The position numbers and the translations under genes were made by a program. The notes under the pieces were generated by a model, which was not told where the DNA came from, did no database searches, and was given only the letters and a program-made list of their open reading frames with translations. DNA of 64,000 nucleotides. Source: an uncultured euryarchaeote (GTDB lineage: Archaea; Thermoplasmatota; Poseidoniia; Poseidoniales; Poseidoniaceae). This document shows, in pieces, positions 35,030 through 44,327 of this stretch. The stretch spans positions 5,275 through 69,274 of the forward strand of contig CALBFP010000296.1 of NCBI GenBank assembly GCA_937894115.1, read 5' to 3'. The first letter of the stretch is position 1; each line of letters starts with the position of its first letter.

Positions 35030-36523
35030 ATGGGGATGCTTGAACAAGCCGATTGGAGTGTGTTCAAGCGCTCTGAAACGTGGAAAGCGTTTGGTGTCGC
35101 TGTCGTTCTCTTCGGTGTTATTGCATTCGCAGGATTGTCTTTGTTCGATAGCATGGATGAAATTTTCGAGTCGGATGCAGAACCTGCTCCAATTCCGGAT
35201 ATCGTTATCGACAGTTTAAATCGAGAAGGAATTGAAGAGAATATTACGAATTCAGAAGGCCAAATCCAACTGTCTGAACTTCGGGGGGATGTCATTATCC
35301 TCGATCTTATGGCACGCGATTGTGGTAGTTGTCATTACGTCCAAGAGCATCTTGAGAGCGAAATGTCCGGTTGGCAAGAAACGGCTGAAGAAAACGGCGT
35401 TGGCTTTCACATCATTGCCTATGGTGCGTGGTACGATGAGGCGCTGAGTTATCTAGGCACATCGTTCGGTGAATACACTGTACCACTTTACCCAACCGGT
35501 TTGGGTTCAACTGAAGCAGCAATACTCGAGGACGGTTCCACATCCGATCCCAAGCAGTTGTTCACCACTGCAGGAACTGGTCAAATCCCAGTTGTGATGG
35601 TCATCGATGTTGAGGGTTACATCGTTGAACGACAAGCTACCGGTACGCCCATAGGAGGGTGGGGGGAATTCAACGATGCAGTTGACCTAGCGCTCACAGG
35701 AAATGTGAGTTTAACCATGGATGACCGAATTGCATGGGAAGAACCTTCTACATCGTTCGTTGCAGTCTTTGTTCTGGGCATGATTCTCTCAATTTTGGTA
35801 TATTTCTCACCGTGCGCATTCCCTGTTTTGCCTGGTTTCATTTCCTACTATCTCAATCTCGGTGCGAGAGAAGACGAACTCATCAAAGAAGGTAAACTGA
35901 AGAATGGAATGCCTTCCTCTTGGGTTATTGGTATCCTTGCAGGATTGGGGATGTGGACCTTCTTTATCATCATAGGAATTGTTGCATTCGCAATGGGAGA
36001 GGCATTTGCACAATCAGGAATGGTGCATTACATCGCCATTGCAATTGCTCTGTTGCTTATTGTTCTAGGTTCAATCATGTTGCTCGGTATCACTTCGCAT
36101 GTTCTTGGTTTTGTTCAGAAACTTGTCGATCGCTGGTCCACAACCGAAATGGACGAAACCTTCACTCCACGTCGAAACATGTACCTGTACGGAATTGGCT
36201 ATGCCGCCGCCTCCATTGACTGTACAGCTGCGGCAGTTCTACCATTCGTGATTTTCCTTGGTACGCTTGGAACAACTGCAACCGTCTCTGGATTGTCTGG
36301 ATTAATGCTCGGTTTGCTAATCTTGATGATTCTCGTTACCGTTTTGGTTGGACTTGGTCGACAAGTAATGATCAATTTCCTTCGCCGAATGACAGGCATG
36401 ATCAAGATGGTCGGTTCATGGATGATGATTATGGCAGGTATTGGTTTAACCCTATATCTGACTCAACCTGAGGCGGTATCCGCATTTTTCGCTTATTTGA
36501 CCTCAGGCAACGGCTCGACATGA
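35030..36523 (+). CDS. fusion: TlpA/ResA-like thioredoxin domain + CcdA/DsbD-type transmembrane thiol-disulfide transporter
   Basis: An N-terminal TM helix is followed by LSELRGDVIILDLMARDCGSCHYV (CxxC). The CcdA core has the two conserved membrane cysteines (YFSPCAFPVLPGF and ASIDCTAAAVLPF). Confidence 0.8.
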   Translation: MGMLEQADWSVFKRSETWKAFGVAVVLFGVIAFAGLSLFDSMDEIFESDAEPAPIPDIVIDSLNREGIEENITNSEGQIQLSELRGDVIILDLMARDCGSCHYVQEHLESEMSGWQETAEENGVGFHIIAYGAWYDEALSYLGTSFGEYTVPLYPTGLGSTEAAILEDGSTSDPKQLFTTAGTGQIPVVMVIDVEGYIVERQATGTPIGGWGEFNDAVDLALTGNVSLTMDDRIAWEEPSTSFVAVFVLGMILSILVYFSPCAFPVLPGFISYYLNLGAREDELIKEGKLKNGMPSSWVIGILAGLGMWTFFIIIGIVAFAMGEAFAQSGMVHYIAIAIALLLIVLGSIMLLGITSHVLGFVQKLVDRWSTTEMDETFTPRRNMYLYGIGYAAASIDCTAAAVLPFVIFLGTLGTTATVSGLSGLMLGLLILMILVTVLVGLGRQVMINFLRRMTGMIKMVGSWMMIMAGIGLTLYLTQPEAVSAFFAYLTSGNGST

Positions 36524-37251
36524 AACCCTTCAAACGTCTGATCGAATTCGTTCCTTAGACACTTTGTGATTGCTGGTCGAATCAAACGACTGTGGACAAA
36601 AAGTCCGTACACAATACCGGTGATGACATCGAAGAGGTAGTGTTGTTGAGTTGTCATCGCAGACACGGTGAGCAGAATCCATCCGAACCAAAGTAGTGCA
36701 AGATACAACCGATTTGTCTTGATTATAATCGGTACGCTAAGGACAACGCATAGGCTGTGTGCTACATGCAAACTGGGCCATGCGTTGTAGGCTTGATCGA
36801 CGTTGTGAATGAGCGTGAGGAGATATGTAAGAACATCATCTCCGACTACATCAGTTCTCAAATCGACTTCTACCGGAAAGAGCAGGAAGATGAAAAACGC
36901 GGGAATCGTTGCAACGAACAATTGTTGAGAAAAAACGATAGCACATTTTTGTTGCATTTCATTGTTGGCAAAAAATGGAATGAGGACATAATAGGAGTAG
37001 AATGAAAAATATGCTATATTGAGTATTGCAATGTAAGGAATCGCATCATCTAAAGATAATTTTGGATCAAAAGCGGTCCGTCCTACTTCACTGGAAAACT
37101 TGTTGATGAGTCCGTATGAGATTCCCATGAACAGTAGGAAAAAAACGCCAACATAGGATGTAAAGAGTAGATTTCTGTTGCGTATGTTCCAAGCTGGTTT
37201 CCAAAGCCTCCAAGGTTGGCTGTTGAACAATTTACTCTTCATTGTCACCAC
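36493..37251 (-). CDS. PAP2-superfamily membrane protein (PAP2_C / sphingomyelin-synthase-like subgroup)
   Basis: It is a multi-pass membrane protein with WPSLHVAHS and QQHYLFDVITG (HxxxD) motifs. It overlaps the upstream ATPase gene by 20 nt. Confidence 0.6.
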   Translation of the reverse strand: MVTMKSKLFNSQPWRLWKPAWNIRNRNLLFTSYVGVFFLLFMGISYGLINKFSSEVGRTAFDPKLSLDDAIPYIAILNIAYFSFYSYYVLIPFFANNEMQQKCAIVFSQQLFVATIPAFFIFLLFPVEVDLRTDVVGDDVLTYLLTLIHNVDQAYNAWPSLHVAHSLCVVLSVPIIIKTNRLYLALLWFGWILLTVSAMTTQQHYLFDVITGIVYGLFVHSRLIRPAITKCLRNEFDQTFEGFHVEPLPEVK

Positions 37252-37876
37252 CAGGTTGTAAATCGGTCCAGTGGATGACGCGATCGCCGATTATTTCTGC
37301 CTCAATGGGGTCGTGCGTGACGTGAATCGCTGGAATACCTCTTGTTTTTAACGTCAAACGCATTTCTTTGGCGATCTTGCGTCGAAGGTCGACATCAAGT
37401 GCAGACAGTGGTTCATCGAGAAGAAGTAATTTTGGTTTTGTTAGGAGTGCTCGGGCGAGAACAACACGTTGTGCTTCACCTCCTGAAAGAGTCTCAATGG
37501 CTTGATGTTCCTTTCCTTCTAATCCCATTTCCTGTATCACTGAACGAACTTCATTCATATCTCTTTGATTCTTTTTTTGATAGGCAAAGAGGATGTTGCC
37601 CAGTAGGTCCTTGAACGGAAATAACACAGGTCGCTGAAACAACATTCCAATTCCTCGACTTTCACAAGGTACGCCATCAATGCGTTCTCCATTCAGAGTA
37701 ATTTGCCCAGAACTTTGGTTCTGTAGGCCTGCAATGGTGCGCAACAGTGTGGTTTTTCCACAACCACTGGGGCCGAGAATCGCTACAATCTCACTCGAAT
37801 CAAGTTCAAGATTGAGGTTGGAAACGACATATTTGTAACCGAAGGAAACATTGAGATCTTGAATCGTTAAACCCAT
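37232..37876 (-). CDS. thiQ: thiamine ABC transporter ATP-binding protein
   Basis: Walker A is GPSGCGKTT, the signature is LSGGEAQRVVLARAL and Walker B is LLLLDEPLSALD. It is a short form (214 aa) like ThiQ. It is the last transporter gene of the thiB-thiP operon. Confidence 0.78.
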   Translation of the reverse strand: MGLTIQDLNVSFGYKYVVSNLNLELDSSEIVAILGPSGCGKTTLLRTIAGLQNQSSGQITLNGERIDGVPCESRGIGMLFQRPVLFPFKDLLGNILFAYQKKNQRDMNEVRSVIQEMGLEGKEHQAIETLSGGEAQRVVLARALLTKPKLLLLDEPLSALDVDLRRKIAKEMRLTLKTRGIPAIHVTHDPIEAEIIGDRVIHWTDLQPGGDNEE

Positions 37877-39603
37877 CAGAAACCCCCTCCTTTGTGCGTG
37901 CGAAACCGTTCAGCGATAACAAACAATAGGAAGGTTGTGCACATGAGGACAGTGGCGCTTGCCATTGCTATAGGTGTCACCAATTCGAAGTATTTTGGTC
38001 GAGACATAAGTTGGTCGACCAAGACGGGTAATGTGTCCCATGCTCCGCTGCGCAAAAGGACCCATGAGGCGCCGAATTCACCAAGAGAGAAGGCCATAGA
38101 AAGTGCTGAGGCAACAACGATTTGTGGTTTTAATAAGGGGATTTTAATCTTGAGAAATCGTTGAATTGCATTGAATCCAAGAACCATTCCCATCGCTTCG
38201 TAATCGGGATCGATTTCTCGCATTGCAGGAAGTAAAATTCGGATGACAAAGGGTGTCGTCAGCATTGCATGGGGCAGTATGGGTAAACCATAGAAGTTGA
38301 AGAGTTCTGGCCAAATCTTGAGCGTGCCGAGAAGGACTCCGAGGCCCACCATCACTCCAGACAGAGCCAGTGGAAGCATGGAAAGTACATCGATGGTTTG
38401 AGCAAGCTTTTTTCGATTTTGTTTCTCTAAAGAATGGATGCTGTGTGCGACGAAGAAACCGAGTGTGCATGACAGGAGCAGGCATCCCGTCGCGTAAACA
38501 AGCGAGTTGGTAAGTGCCTCTGGAACCGAAACATACGACAAGTCTCCTTGGAAGGCATATTCCCATGCTTCGAGGCTCCAGCGATAGGAATCCGTTGTAC
38601 GATTTCGTATTCGGACCGAAGAGAGCGCCATGAATACCAGTGGAGCGAGTGCAAAGATTGTGGCCATAAAGACGCCAATTTTTGGCAAAATGCCTGGATG
38701 ACCGTTCATGGTACGAGAGTACCCTTCCGATACAAGTTCGGTCTCTTGGAAATTCCGTTGTTGCATACGGCTTGTAAGACCAAGCGCTGCAATGAGAACA
38801 ATTGCTTGCAAGGTGGCTGCGCCCAGTATGAAGCGACTGACTTCAACGCGGTATCCTGGGATTCCGGCTGACCCACCTACGGTTGCCATAAGGGCTTCGA
38901 GCGTCCACATATTAGGAGCAAGCCACCTGACGAGAGCAAAGGAAGTGAACGAGAAAAGAAACGTGAAGGTGAAAGCAGAAAGTATCGGTATTTTCAACAT
39001 AGGCCACCAAAACTTTGCGAGTCGGTCGAAGGGTGTTTTTCCAACAGGAAGCATACGAAAAGCATCCTCATATCGAGGTGGGAGTGTTGCAATTCTGGGT
39101 TCAACAAATCGGATAACGAGTGCAAGATTAAACCAAGCATGTGCAACAAGTAGGGCAATGATGTGGCCTGAGTTCTCAACGCCGATGGTTGATGATAAGG
39201 AACCTATAATGCCCGTCTCGGTTCGCAAATCGATTCCAATTGAGTGGAGGAGGCCCCCGTTTTTGATCAAAGCAAGGAAACCCATAGCCGCAACAATCGA
39301 CGGAGTAACAAACGGTAAGGTCAATGCTGCACGTACAATACCGATGTGCTTCCATTGGTAACGTCCAAGCCACCAAGCGATTGGAAGACCAATGAGTAAG
39401 GTGAGAATCGCGGATAAAAATGCTTGAACAAATGTAAACTTGACAGCATCAGAGCCGAAAGGGTGTTCATCGATTTGGAATACCGATTCAACAGGGTTTG
39501 AGCCTGTAACGAGCATTAAACGATCGACAGCAAACAGAAGCGGCAACAAAATCATCGAGAGATAGAGAACGACGGGAACCGTTCGAACAACGGTTGATCT
39601 CAT
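37876..39603 (-). CDS. thiP: thiamine ABC transporter permease (duplicated 2x6 TM)
   Basis: 575 aa with two permease halves, each with an EAA-like loop (YEDAFRMLPVGKTPFDRL and YEAMGMVLGFNAIQRF). This is the ThiP/FbpB architecture. Confidence 0.78.
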   Translation of the reverse strand: MRSTVVRTVPVVLYLSMILLPLLFAVDRLMLVTGSNPVESVFQIDEHPFGSDAVKFTFVQAFLSAILTLLIGLPIAWWLGRYQWKHIGIVRAALTLPFVTPSIVAAMGFLALIKNGGLLHSIGIDLRTETGIIGSLSSTIGVENSGHIIALLVAHAWFNLALVIRFVEPRIATLPPRYEDAFRMLPVGKTPFDRLAKFWWPMLKIPILSAFTFTFLFSFTSFALVRWLAPNMWTLEALMATVGGSAGIPGYRVEVSRFILGAATLQAIVLIAALGLTSRMQQRNFQETELVSEGYSRTMNGHPGILPKIGVFMATIFALAPLVFMALSSVRIRNRTTDSYRWSLEAWEYAFQGDLSYVSVPEALTNSLVYATGCLLLSCTLGFFVAHSIHSLEKQNRKKLAQTIDVLSMLPLALSGVMVGLGVLLGTLKIWPELFNFYGLPILPHAMLTTPFVIRILLPAMREIDPDYEAMGMVLGFNAIQRFLKIKIPLLKPQIVVASALSMAFSLGEFGASWVLLRSGAWDTLPVLVDQLMSRPKYFELVTPIAMASATVLMCTTFLLFVIAERFRTHKGGGF

Positions 39604-39612
39604 GTCGTCAAC

Positions 39613-40740
39613 TCAAATGTAATCGGTTGCCTTTCTCCATGCTGCTAACCAGTCTTCCATCTCTTCAGCGATTCGTTCGTTTGAGACTTCTGCTGGAGTG
39701 GACGGTATTGGGCTGTGGTATCGGTATCCATCGGTTTCAGGCAAATCTTGCCCCTCGAGGACTGGATACATGTAGTTGTAAAACGGCATCTCGACGTTGA
39801 CTTCTTCACTTAGCAAGAACTCAATGAATTCATCAACTGCAGCTGCATCGCCTCCACCGTTGATTTTTGCTGCGTATTCTACTTGGTGGAAGGCTGCATA
39901 ATCGATTATGACAGATTTGGAGATGGTCGAGTTTCCTCCGAAGTAGGCCTCAACTCCAGGAGAGTGGCAATACGAGACCGTCAACCACGCATCGCCGATG
40001 TGGCCTTCCTCCCATACACCGTAGCCTCCGCTGTAATGGATTTCATACGCTTCGGACCAACCTGTCGTAAAGATTGCATCGTTGTCTGCCATGTCTTCCC
40101 ACCATCGCATTGCATCGATCGAATCCATTTGTTCAAAATAATCGATGGTGGCAGTCATGAAGGCTCGTCCAGGTGAAGATGTTGTTGGGCTTGGAAACGC
40201 CGTACGACCACGCCATGCTTCATCGGTCAACTCCTCAAGACTCGTTGGAATCGAAAGGTTGTTTTCTTCCAACGCACTTGTATCAACGTTTAGGCAGATG
40301 TAACCGTGGTCAAACGGAACTGCTCTATCCCCTGCATATGGGACCAGAGCAAGCGGGTTCAAATCAGGAACCGTTGCATTGTGTGGTGCAATCAAGCAGT
40401 TGTTAAGAGCGGTTTGCAAGTAGGTGTTGTCAAGACCTATGGCGAGGTCAGCTTGTGGTGCATCCTTTGCCAGCAACATTTTCTCAAGCACACTACCAGC
40501 ATCGTCACCACGGATCAACTCTACTTGGTAGCCACTTTGGTTGGTAAACTCATCGAGTACTTCGTCGCTGATGGCGAGCGAGTCGTACGTGAGAATTTTC
40601 AGTATGTTGTCGTCATCTCCTGTGTACACGACACAGTCATCTGGAGATTCAACGCTTTCCAAAGCGGATTGGCTGCTGTCCAAACAACCTGACAACGGTG
40701 CTAGCAGAAGTACGGAAAGGATAAGACTGACGCGAATCAT
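39613..40740 (-). CDS. thiB: thiamine-binding periplasmic-type lipoprotein (TbpA/ThiB family)
   Basis: The lipobox is LAPLSGC. Blocks matching my recollection of E. coli TbpA: LTYDSLA, ADLAIGLDNTYL, VPFDHGYICLNVD, PTTSSPG, TGWSEAYE, VSYCHSP and NYMYPV. Confidence 0.82.
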   Translation of the reverse strand: MIRVSLILSVLLLAPLSGCLDSSQSALESVESPDDCVVYTGDDDNILKILTYDSLAISDEVLDEFTNQSGYQVELIRGDDAGSVLEKMLLAKDAPQADLAIGLDNTYLQTALNNCLIAPHNATVPDLNPLALVPYAGDRAVPFDHGYICLNVDTSALEENNLSIPTSLEELTDEAWRGRTAFPSPTTSSPGRAFMTATIDYFEQMDSIDAMRWWEDMADNDAIFTTGWSEAYEIHYSGGYGVWEEGHIGDAWLTVSYCHSPGVEAYFGGNSTISKSVIIDYAAFHQVEYAAKINGGGDAAAVDEFIEFLLSEEVNVEMPFYNYMYPVLEGQDLPETDGYRYHSPIPSTPAEVSNERIAEEMEDWLAAWRKATDYI

Positions 40741-41600
40741 TCAATCCCCCCGAGTGTGGTGATAAGGGCATGGCAACGGTCAACCGCTTCGAGAGGACTG
40801 CCTGCGAGAACGTAGAGCGAAGGTTCCCATCCAAAATCACCGATATCCAGGATGACGTCGATTTGTGAACCAGAATCTTCGATTCCTCCACGTACGGCAT
40901 CCGCTAATTCCCAGTTCAATTGGTTGCAAGCTTCCTGAACGGCATCAATGTCCGTTCCTTCATGGTCACCAGGAGGGCGAATGTTGATTATTGCAGATTT
41001 GGACGAATCGTTCTTTTTTGCATCGAGCAGCAATTTAGCGAGGTGGTTTGAGGATCCGAATTGCGGTTTGCTGTGTGTTCGTAATTCACCTTCGACGGAC
41101 GTTATTTTTCCCGGAACAGCTGCAACTTCCGATGGGGAGGTGGCTGAGTTCAAGCAGGCAGCGATGTTGAGGCCAACCTTCGGAAGAACGGGTAAGAGCG
41201 ACTTGGAGTCAAGACGACCTATGGCCCATTCCAATCGGCGAATCAATGCGTGCTCGTTTTGGTCGACTTCCAAATCCAAACCGGTGAGTGTTTTGTCGAA
41301 CCGTAGGACTTGATTGCCTGTAAACTGGAACTCGACAATAAAACGTTGCCGAAGCAGTTCTTCAGACTGTCCTACAGAGAGCAGTCCTCCTGCGAGTTCC
41401 TTAGCCCATCCATCAACGGTGAGTTCATCTGCCGAACCAGGCAAAGCAAGCATTGATTTTTGATATTGTCTCGAAATCGTGCTTTGTGTTGATCCAAGCA
41501 TGGATGCGATGTTCATTTGCGACCAGCCTTGGCCTCGAAGTTCTCTTGCAAGTTGCATGTGCAGGCGATCGAGCCATGCACCACCAGTTTCTCCCAGCAT
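40737..41600 (-). CDS. thiR: ThiR-type regulator: N-terminal HTH + C-terminal ThiN (thiamine-phosphate-synthase-like) domain
   Basis: The HTH is WSQMNIASMLGSTQSTISRQY. The ThiN pattern is LPKVGLNIAACL...VAAVPGKIT...PQFGSSNHLAKLLL...AIINIR. It overlaps the thiB start by 4 nt. Confidence 0.75.
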   Translation of the reverse strand: MLGETGGAWLDRLHMQLARELRGQGWSQMNIASMLGSTQSTISRQYQKSMLALPGSADELTVDGWAKELAGGLLSVGQSEELLRQRFIVEFQFTGNQVLRFDKTLTGLDLEVDQNEHALIRRLEWAIGRLDSKSLLPVLPKVGLNIAACLNSATSPSEVAAVPGKITSVEGELRTHSKPQFGSSNHLAKLLLDAKKNDSSKSAIINIRPPGDHEGTDIDAVQEACNQLNWELADAVRGGIEDSGSQIDVILDIGDFGWEPSLYVLAGSPLEAVDRCHALITTLGGIE

Positions 41601-41717
41601 GAATCGACCAGTGCCGGATGGTTATTCAATGTATGTAATAAAAAATGCATAACGCATAGTGTTTTACTGAGTGAAGTAAGGACCATCTTCAAAGACCGCT
41701 TTGGTTAGACCTGCAAC
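41601..41717. promoter_or_regulatory. divergent intergenic region upstream of thiR operon and decarboxylase gene; probable promoters/operator
   Basis: An A/T-rich stretch, gtatgtaataaaaaatgcataacgcat, lies about 30-55 nt from the thiR ATG. It contains small inverted repeats (ATGC..GCAT and TATT..AATA). No transcript data are available. Confidence 0.25.
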
Positions 41718-43133
41718 ATGGAAGCGGAGGCGTTCTTGGATGAGGTCCTTTCTCGCGTCAAGACCTTCCTTTCAGAGAGTCAAAACGATTCCATGATCCG
41801 GCCGAACATCTCACACGATTCATTAAGTCGCACGGTCGATCTAAAACTGCCGATCGAAGGTCGAGGAATAGATGCAGCTCTCGATGACATCGAATTGTTC
41901 CTAAGGAATTCGGTTCGAACAACGGCACCAGGTTTCATGAATCCACTTTGGGGTGGGTTGTCGGTCGCAGCCATTGCAGGAGAGTTGGTTACAGCGGCAA
42001 CGAATACGGCGATGTACACCTATGAAATCGCACCAATTGCAACCTTGGTTGAATCCTCAATTCTCAAACGCATGGCGGAATTGGCCGATTTCGGCACGGC
42101 TCAAGGAACCCTTACTACGGGTGGATCGAACGGGAATCTGCTCGGTCTTCTTTGTGCTCGCCAAGCCAAGTTCCCTTTATCCAATCGCACGGGGTTTAAC
42201 GGCGAGAACATGGTGGCATTTGTTTCAGAAGAATGTCATTATTCGTTTGGCATAGCGTCTAATGTAATCGGAATAGGGTCTTCAAACCTCATCAAAGTTC
42301 GCTGTAATGAAGAAGGACAAATGCGCCCAGACTCTCTTGAGGAAGAGATTGAGCGTGCGATCCGTAACGGCCAAACCCCGTTCGCAGTGTTGGCAACAAG
42401 TGGAACAACAGTGCGAGGAAGTTTTGATCCTCTGCGCGAATTGGCCACCGTTGCTCACAAACATCATCTTTGGATGCACGTTGACGCAGCATGGGGCGGT
42501 TCAGCCCTTTTTTCACCCACCTATCGGTCGTTGATGGACGGTATTGAACTCGCAGATAGTTTCTGTTGGGATGCGCATAAAATGATGGGCATTCCTTTGA
42601 TTTGCTCCGCTTTTATCGTGAAAGAAGCGGAGATACTTCGTTCTGTATGCTCGAACAGTGATGAAGCTCATTACCTCTATCATGAAACATCGGAAAATGT
42701 AGATTTGGGAAGATATTCGCTCCAGTGTGGTCGGCGAAACGATGCACTCAAGCTCTGGCTCGCATGGAGAGAAATCGGTGATGCAGGTTGGGCATCGATG
42801 TTGGATACGTTCATGGGCCTTGCTGATTATTTACAGCATCAAATCGAAGCGAACGAGTATCTGGAAATGGTTAGTGGACGGATGTGGACCAACGTATGTT
42901 TTCGATATGTTGGTACAGATCAAGCACAAGACCTCAATCAAATCAACGCCGAGTTGCGCGAACGCATCATTCGAGACGGGAGATTTATGGTAAGCAGAAG
43001 TACGGTTGGAGGACAAATCATCCTCCGTTCGGTTATTGCTAACCGCAGCATTACTGAACAATCGTTGGATGCGTTCCTTGATTGCGTGGTCTCCATAGGA
43101 AAGGATATTGAACGAGGTTTGCCTCAAGAGTAA
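41718..43133 (+). CDS. PLP-dependent group II amino-acid decarboxylase (GAD/CSAD/DABA-decarboxylase-like)
   Basis: 471 aa. Motifs are TTGGSNGNL, WMHVDAAWGG and the PLP-lysine motif FCWDAHKMMG. Confidence 0.8.
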   Translation: MEAEAFLDEVLSRVKTFLSESQNDSMIRPNISHDSLSRTVDLKLPIEGRGIDAALDDIELFLRNSVRTTAPGFMNPLWGGLSVAAIAGELVTAATNTAMYTYEIAPIATLVESSILKRMAELADFGTAQGTLTTGGSNGNLLGLLCARQAKFPLSNRTGFNGENMVAFVSEECHYSFGIASNVIGIGSSNLIKVRCNEEGQMRPDSLEEEIERAIRNGQTPFAVLATSGTTVRGSFDPLRELATVAHKHHLWMHVDAAWGGSALFSPTYRSLMDGIELADSFCWDAHKMMGIPLICSAFIVKEAEILRSVCSNSDEAHYLYHETSENVDLGRYSLQCGRRNDALKLWLAWREIGDAGWASMLDTFMGLADYLQHQIEANEYLEMVSGRMWTNVCFRYVGTDQAQDLNQINAELRERIIRDGRFMVSRSTVGGQIILRSVIANRSITEQSLDAFLDCVVSIGKDIERGLPQE

Positions 43134-43149
43134 TACGGATGTGAAAGCA

Positions 43150-44265
43150 ATGGGCGATGGTGAACCGGTTCGAACAGCACTCTACGATGAACACGTCAGT
43201 CTTGGCGGTAACATCGTTGATTTTCATGGGTTTGAGTTGCCCATTTGGTATTCAAACATTAAAGCAGAACATTTGGCAACGAGAAACGGTTCGGGTTTGT
43301 TTGATGTTTCCCACATGGGAACGTTTCGGTTCACTGGAGAAAACGTGCTTCAGTGGCTGGAAAGTGTTGCAACTCAAAAGGTGACTTCCATACCCGCGGG
43401 ACGTTGCGGTTATACTCACTTTTTGGATCATGATGGTTACATTATCGATGATATGATTTTTGCAGTTGTTTCTGAAACGGAAATACTCGGTGTACCCAAC
43501 GCTTCGATGATCAGCGTGATGTGGGATTGGTTCCACGCCTGCAATCCGGCTTCTGTAGGTGTTCGCATTGAAGATCTCTCAGAGGCTACCTCAATTCTGG
43601 CGCTTCAAGGACCTTCGAGTAAGGAATATCTCGACGCAGCCTTTGGGGAGGGGCAACACGTCGCTCGCTTCAAGTGGTCGGCTTTGACCGAAAACCAACT
43701 CGATGTTACCGGCTGGATTCAGGGAACTGGATACACTGGAGAACCGGGATATGAGATATTTGTTCCGAACGAGCAAGTTGCGACGGTTTGGCGAGCTTTG
43801 ATCGACGCAGGGGCAACTCCAGTTGGATTGGGTGCCCGAGATACACTTCGACTCGAGAAGGGGTATCTGTTGTCCGGTGTTGATTTCCAATGGCCCAAAC
43901 TCGATGGCGAGCATGACCCTTTCCTTGCACGTGATTCGTGGGAAACCAACGTACCGTTTGGACTGGATACAGAGCACGATTTCATCGGACGAGATCGGGT
44001 TGTTTCTCACTCCGATTCCGACGAGCGATGGTGGGGCGTCAAGTATCTGGAACGAGGTCCATTGCCTCGTCCAGGAAAGGACGTTCTTGCTCTCGATGGA
44101 ACCAATATTGGCCGATTAACGTCTGGAGCTCCTTCCCCGTCGCTTGAAAATACAGGTGTAGGGATTGGGTACATATCTGGCGTTCAAGAAGGTGATGAAG
44201 TACTCATTGCTGCGAGTCCACGCTCATCGGTGCGCGCTGTTATAATTCGTCCTCCTTTTGTATAG
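43150..44265 (+). CDS. gcvT: glycine cleavage system aminomethyltransferase (T protein)
   Basis: RTALYDEHVSLGGNIVDFHGFELPIWYSNIKAEHLATRNGSGLFDVSHMG is a classic GcvT N-terminus. The start is taken at ATG 43150. Confidence 0.92.
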   Translation: MGDGEPVRTALYDEHVSLGGNIVDFHGFELPIWYSNIKAEHLATRNGSGLFDVSHMGTFRFTGENVLQWLESVATQKVTSIPAGRCGYTHFLDHDGYIIDDMIFAVVSETEILGVPNASMISVMWDWFHACNPASVGVRIEDLSEATSILALQGPSSKEYLDAAFGEGQHVARFKWSALTENQLDVTGWIQGTGYTGEPGYEIFVPNEQVATVWRALIDAGATPVGLGARDTLRLEKGYLLSGVDFQWPKLDGEHDPFLARDSWETNVPFGLDTEHDFIGRDRVVSHSDSDERWWGVKYLERGPLPRPGKDVLALDGTNIGRLTSGAPSPSLENTGVGIGYISGVQEGDEVLIAASPRSSVRAVIIRPPFV

Positions 44266-44327
44266 ACGGCCCTCGTTTCTTGATGGTTCAATGACGAACA
44301 TTATGAGCGCTACGCGACTGGTCGGGA

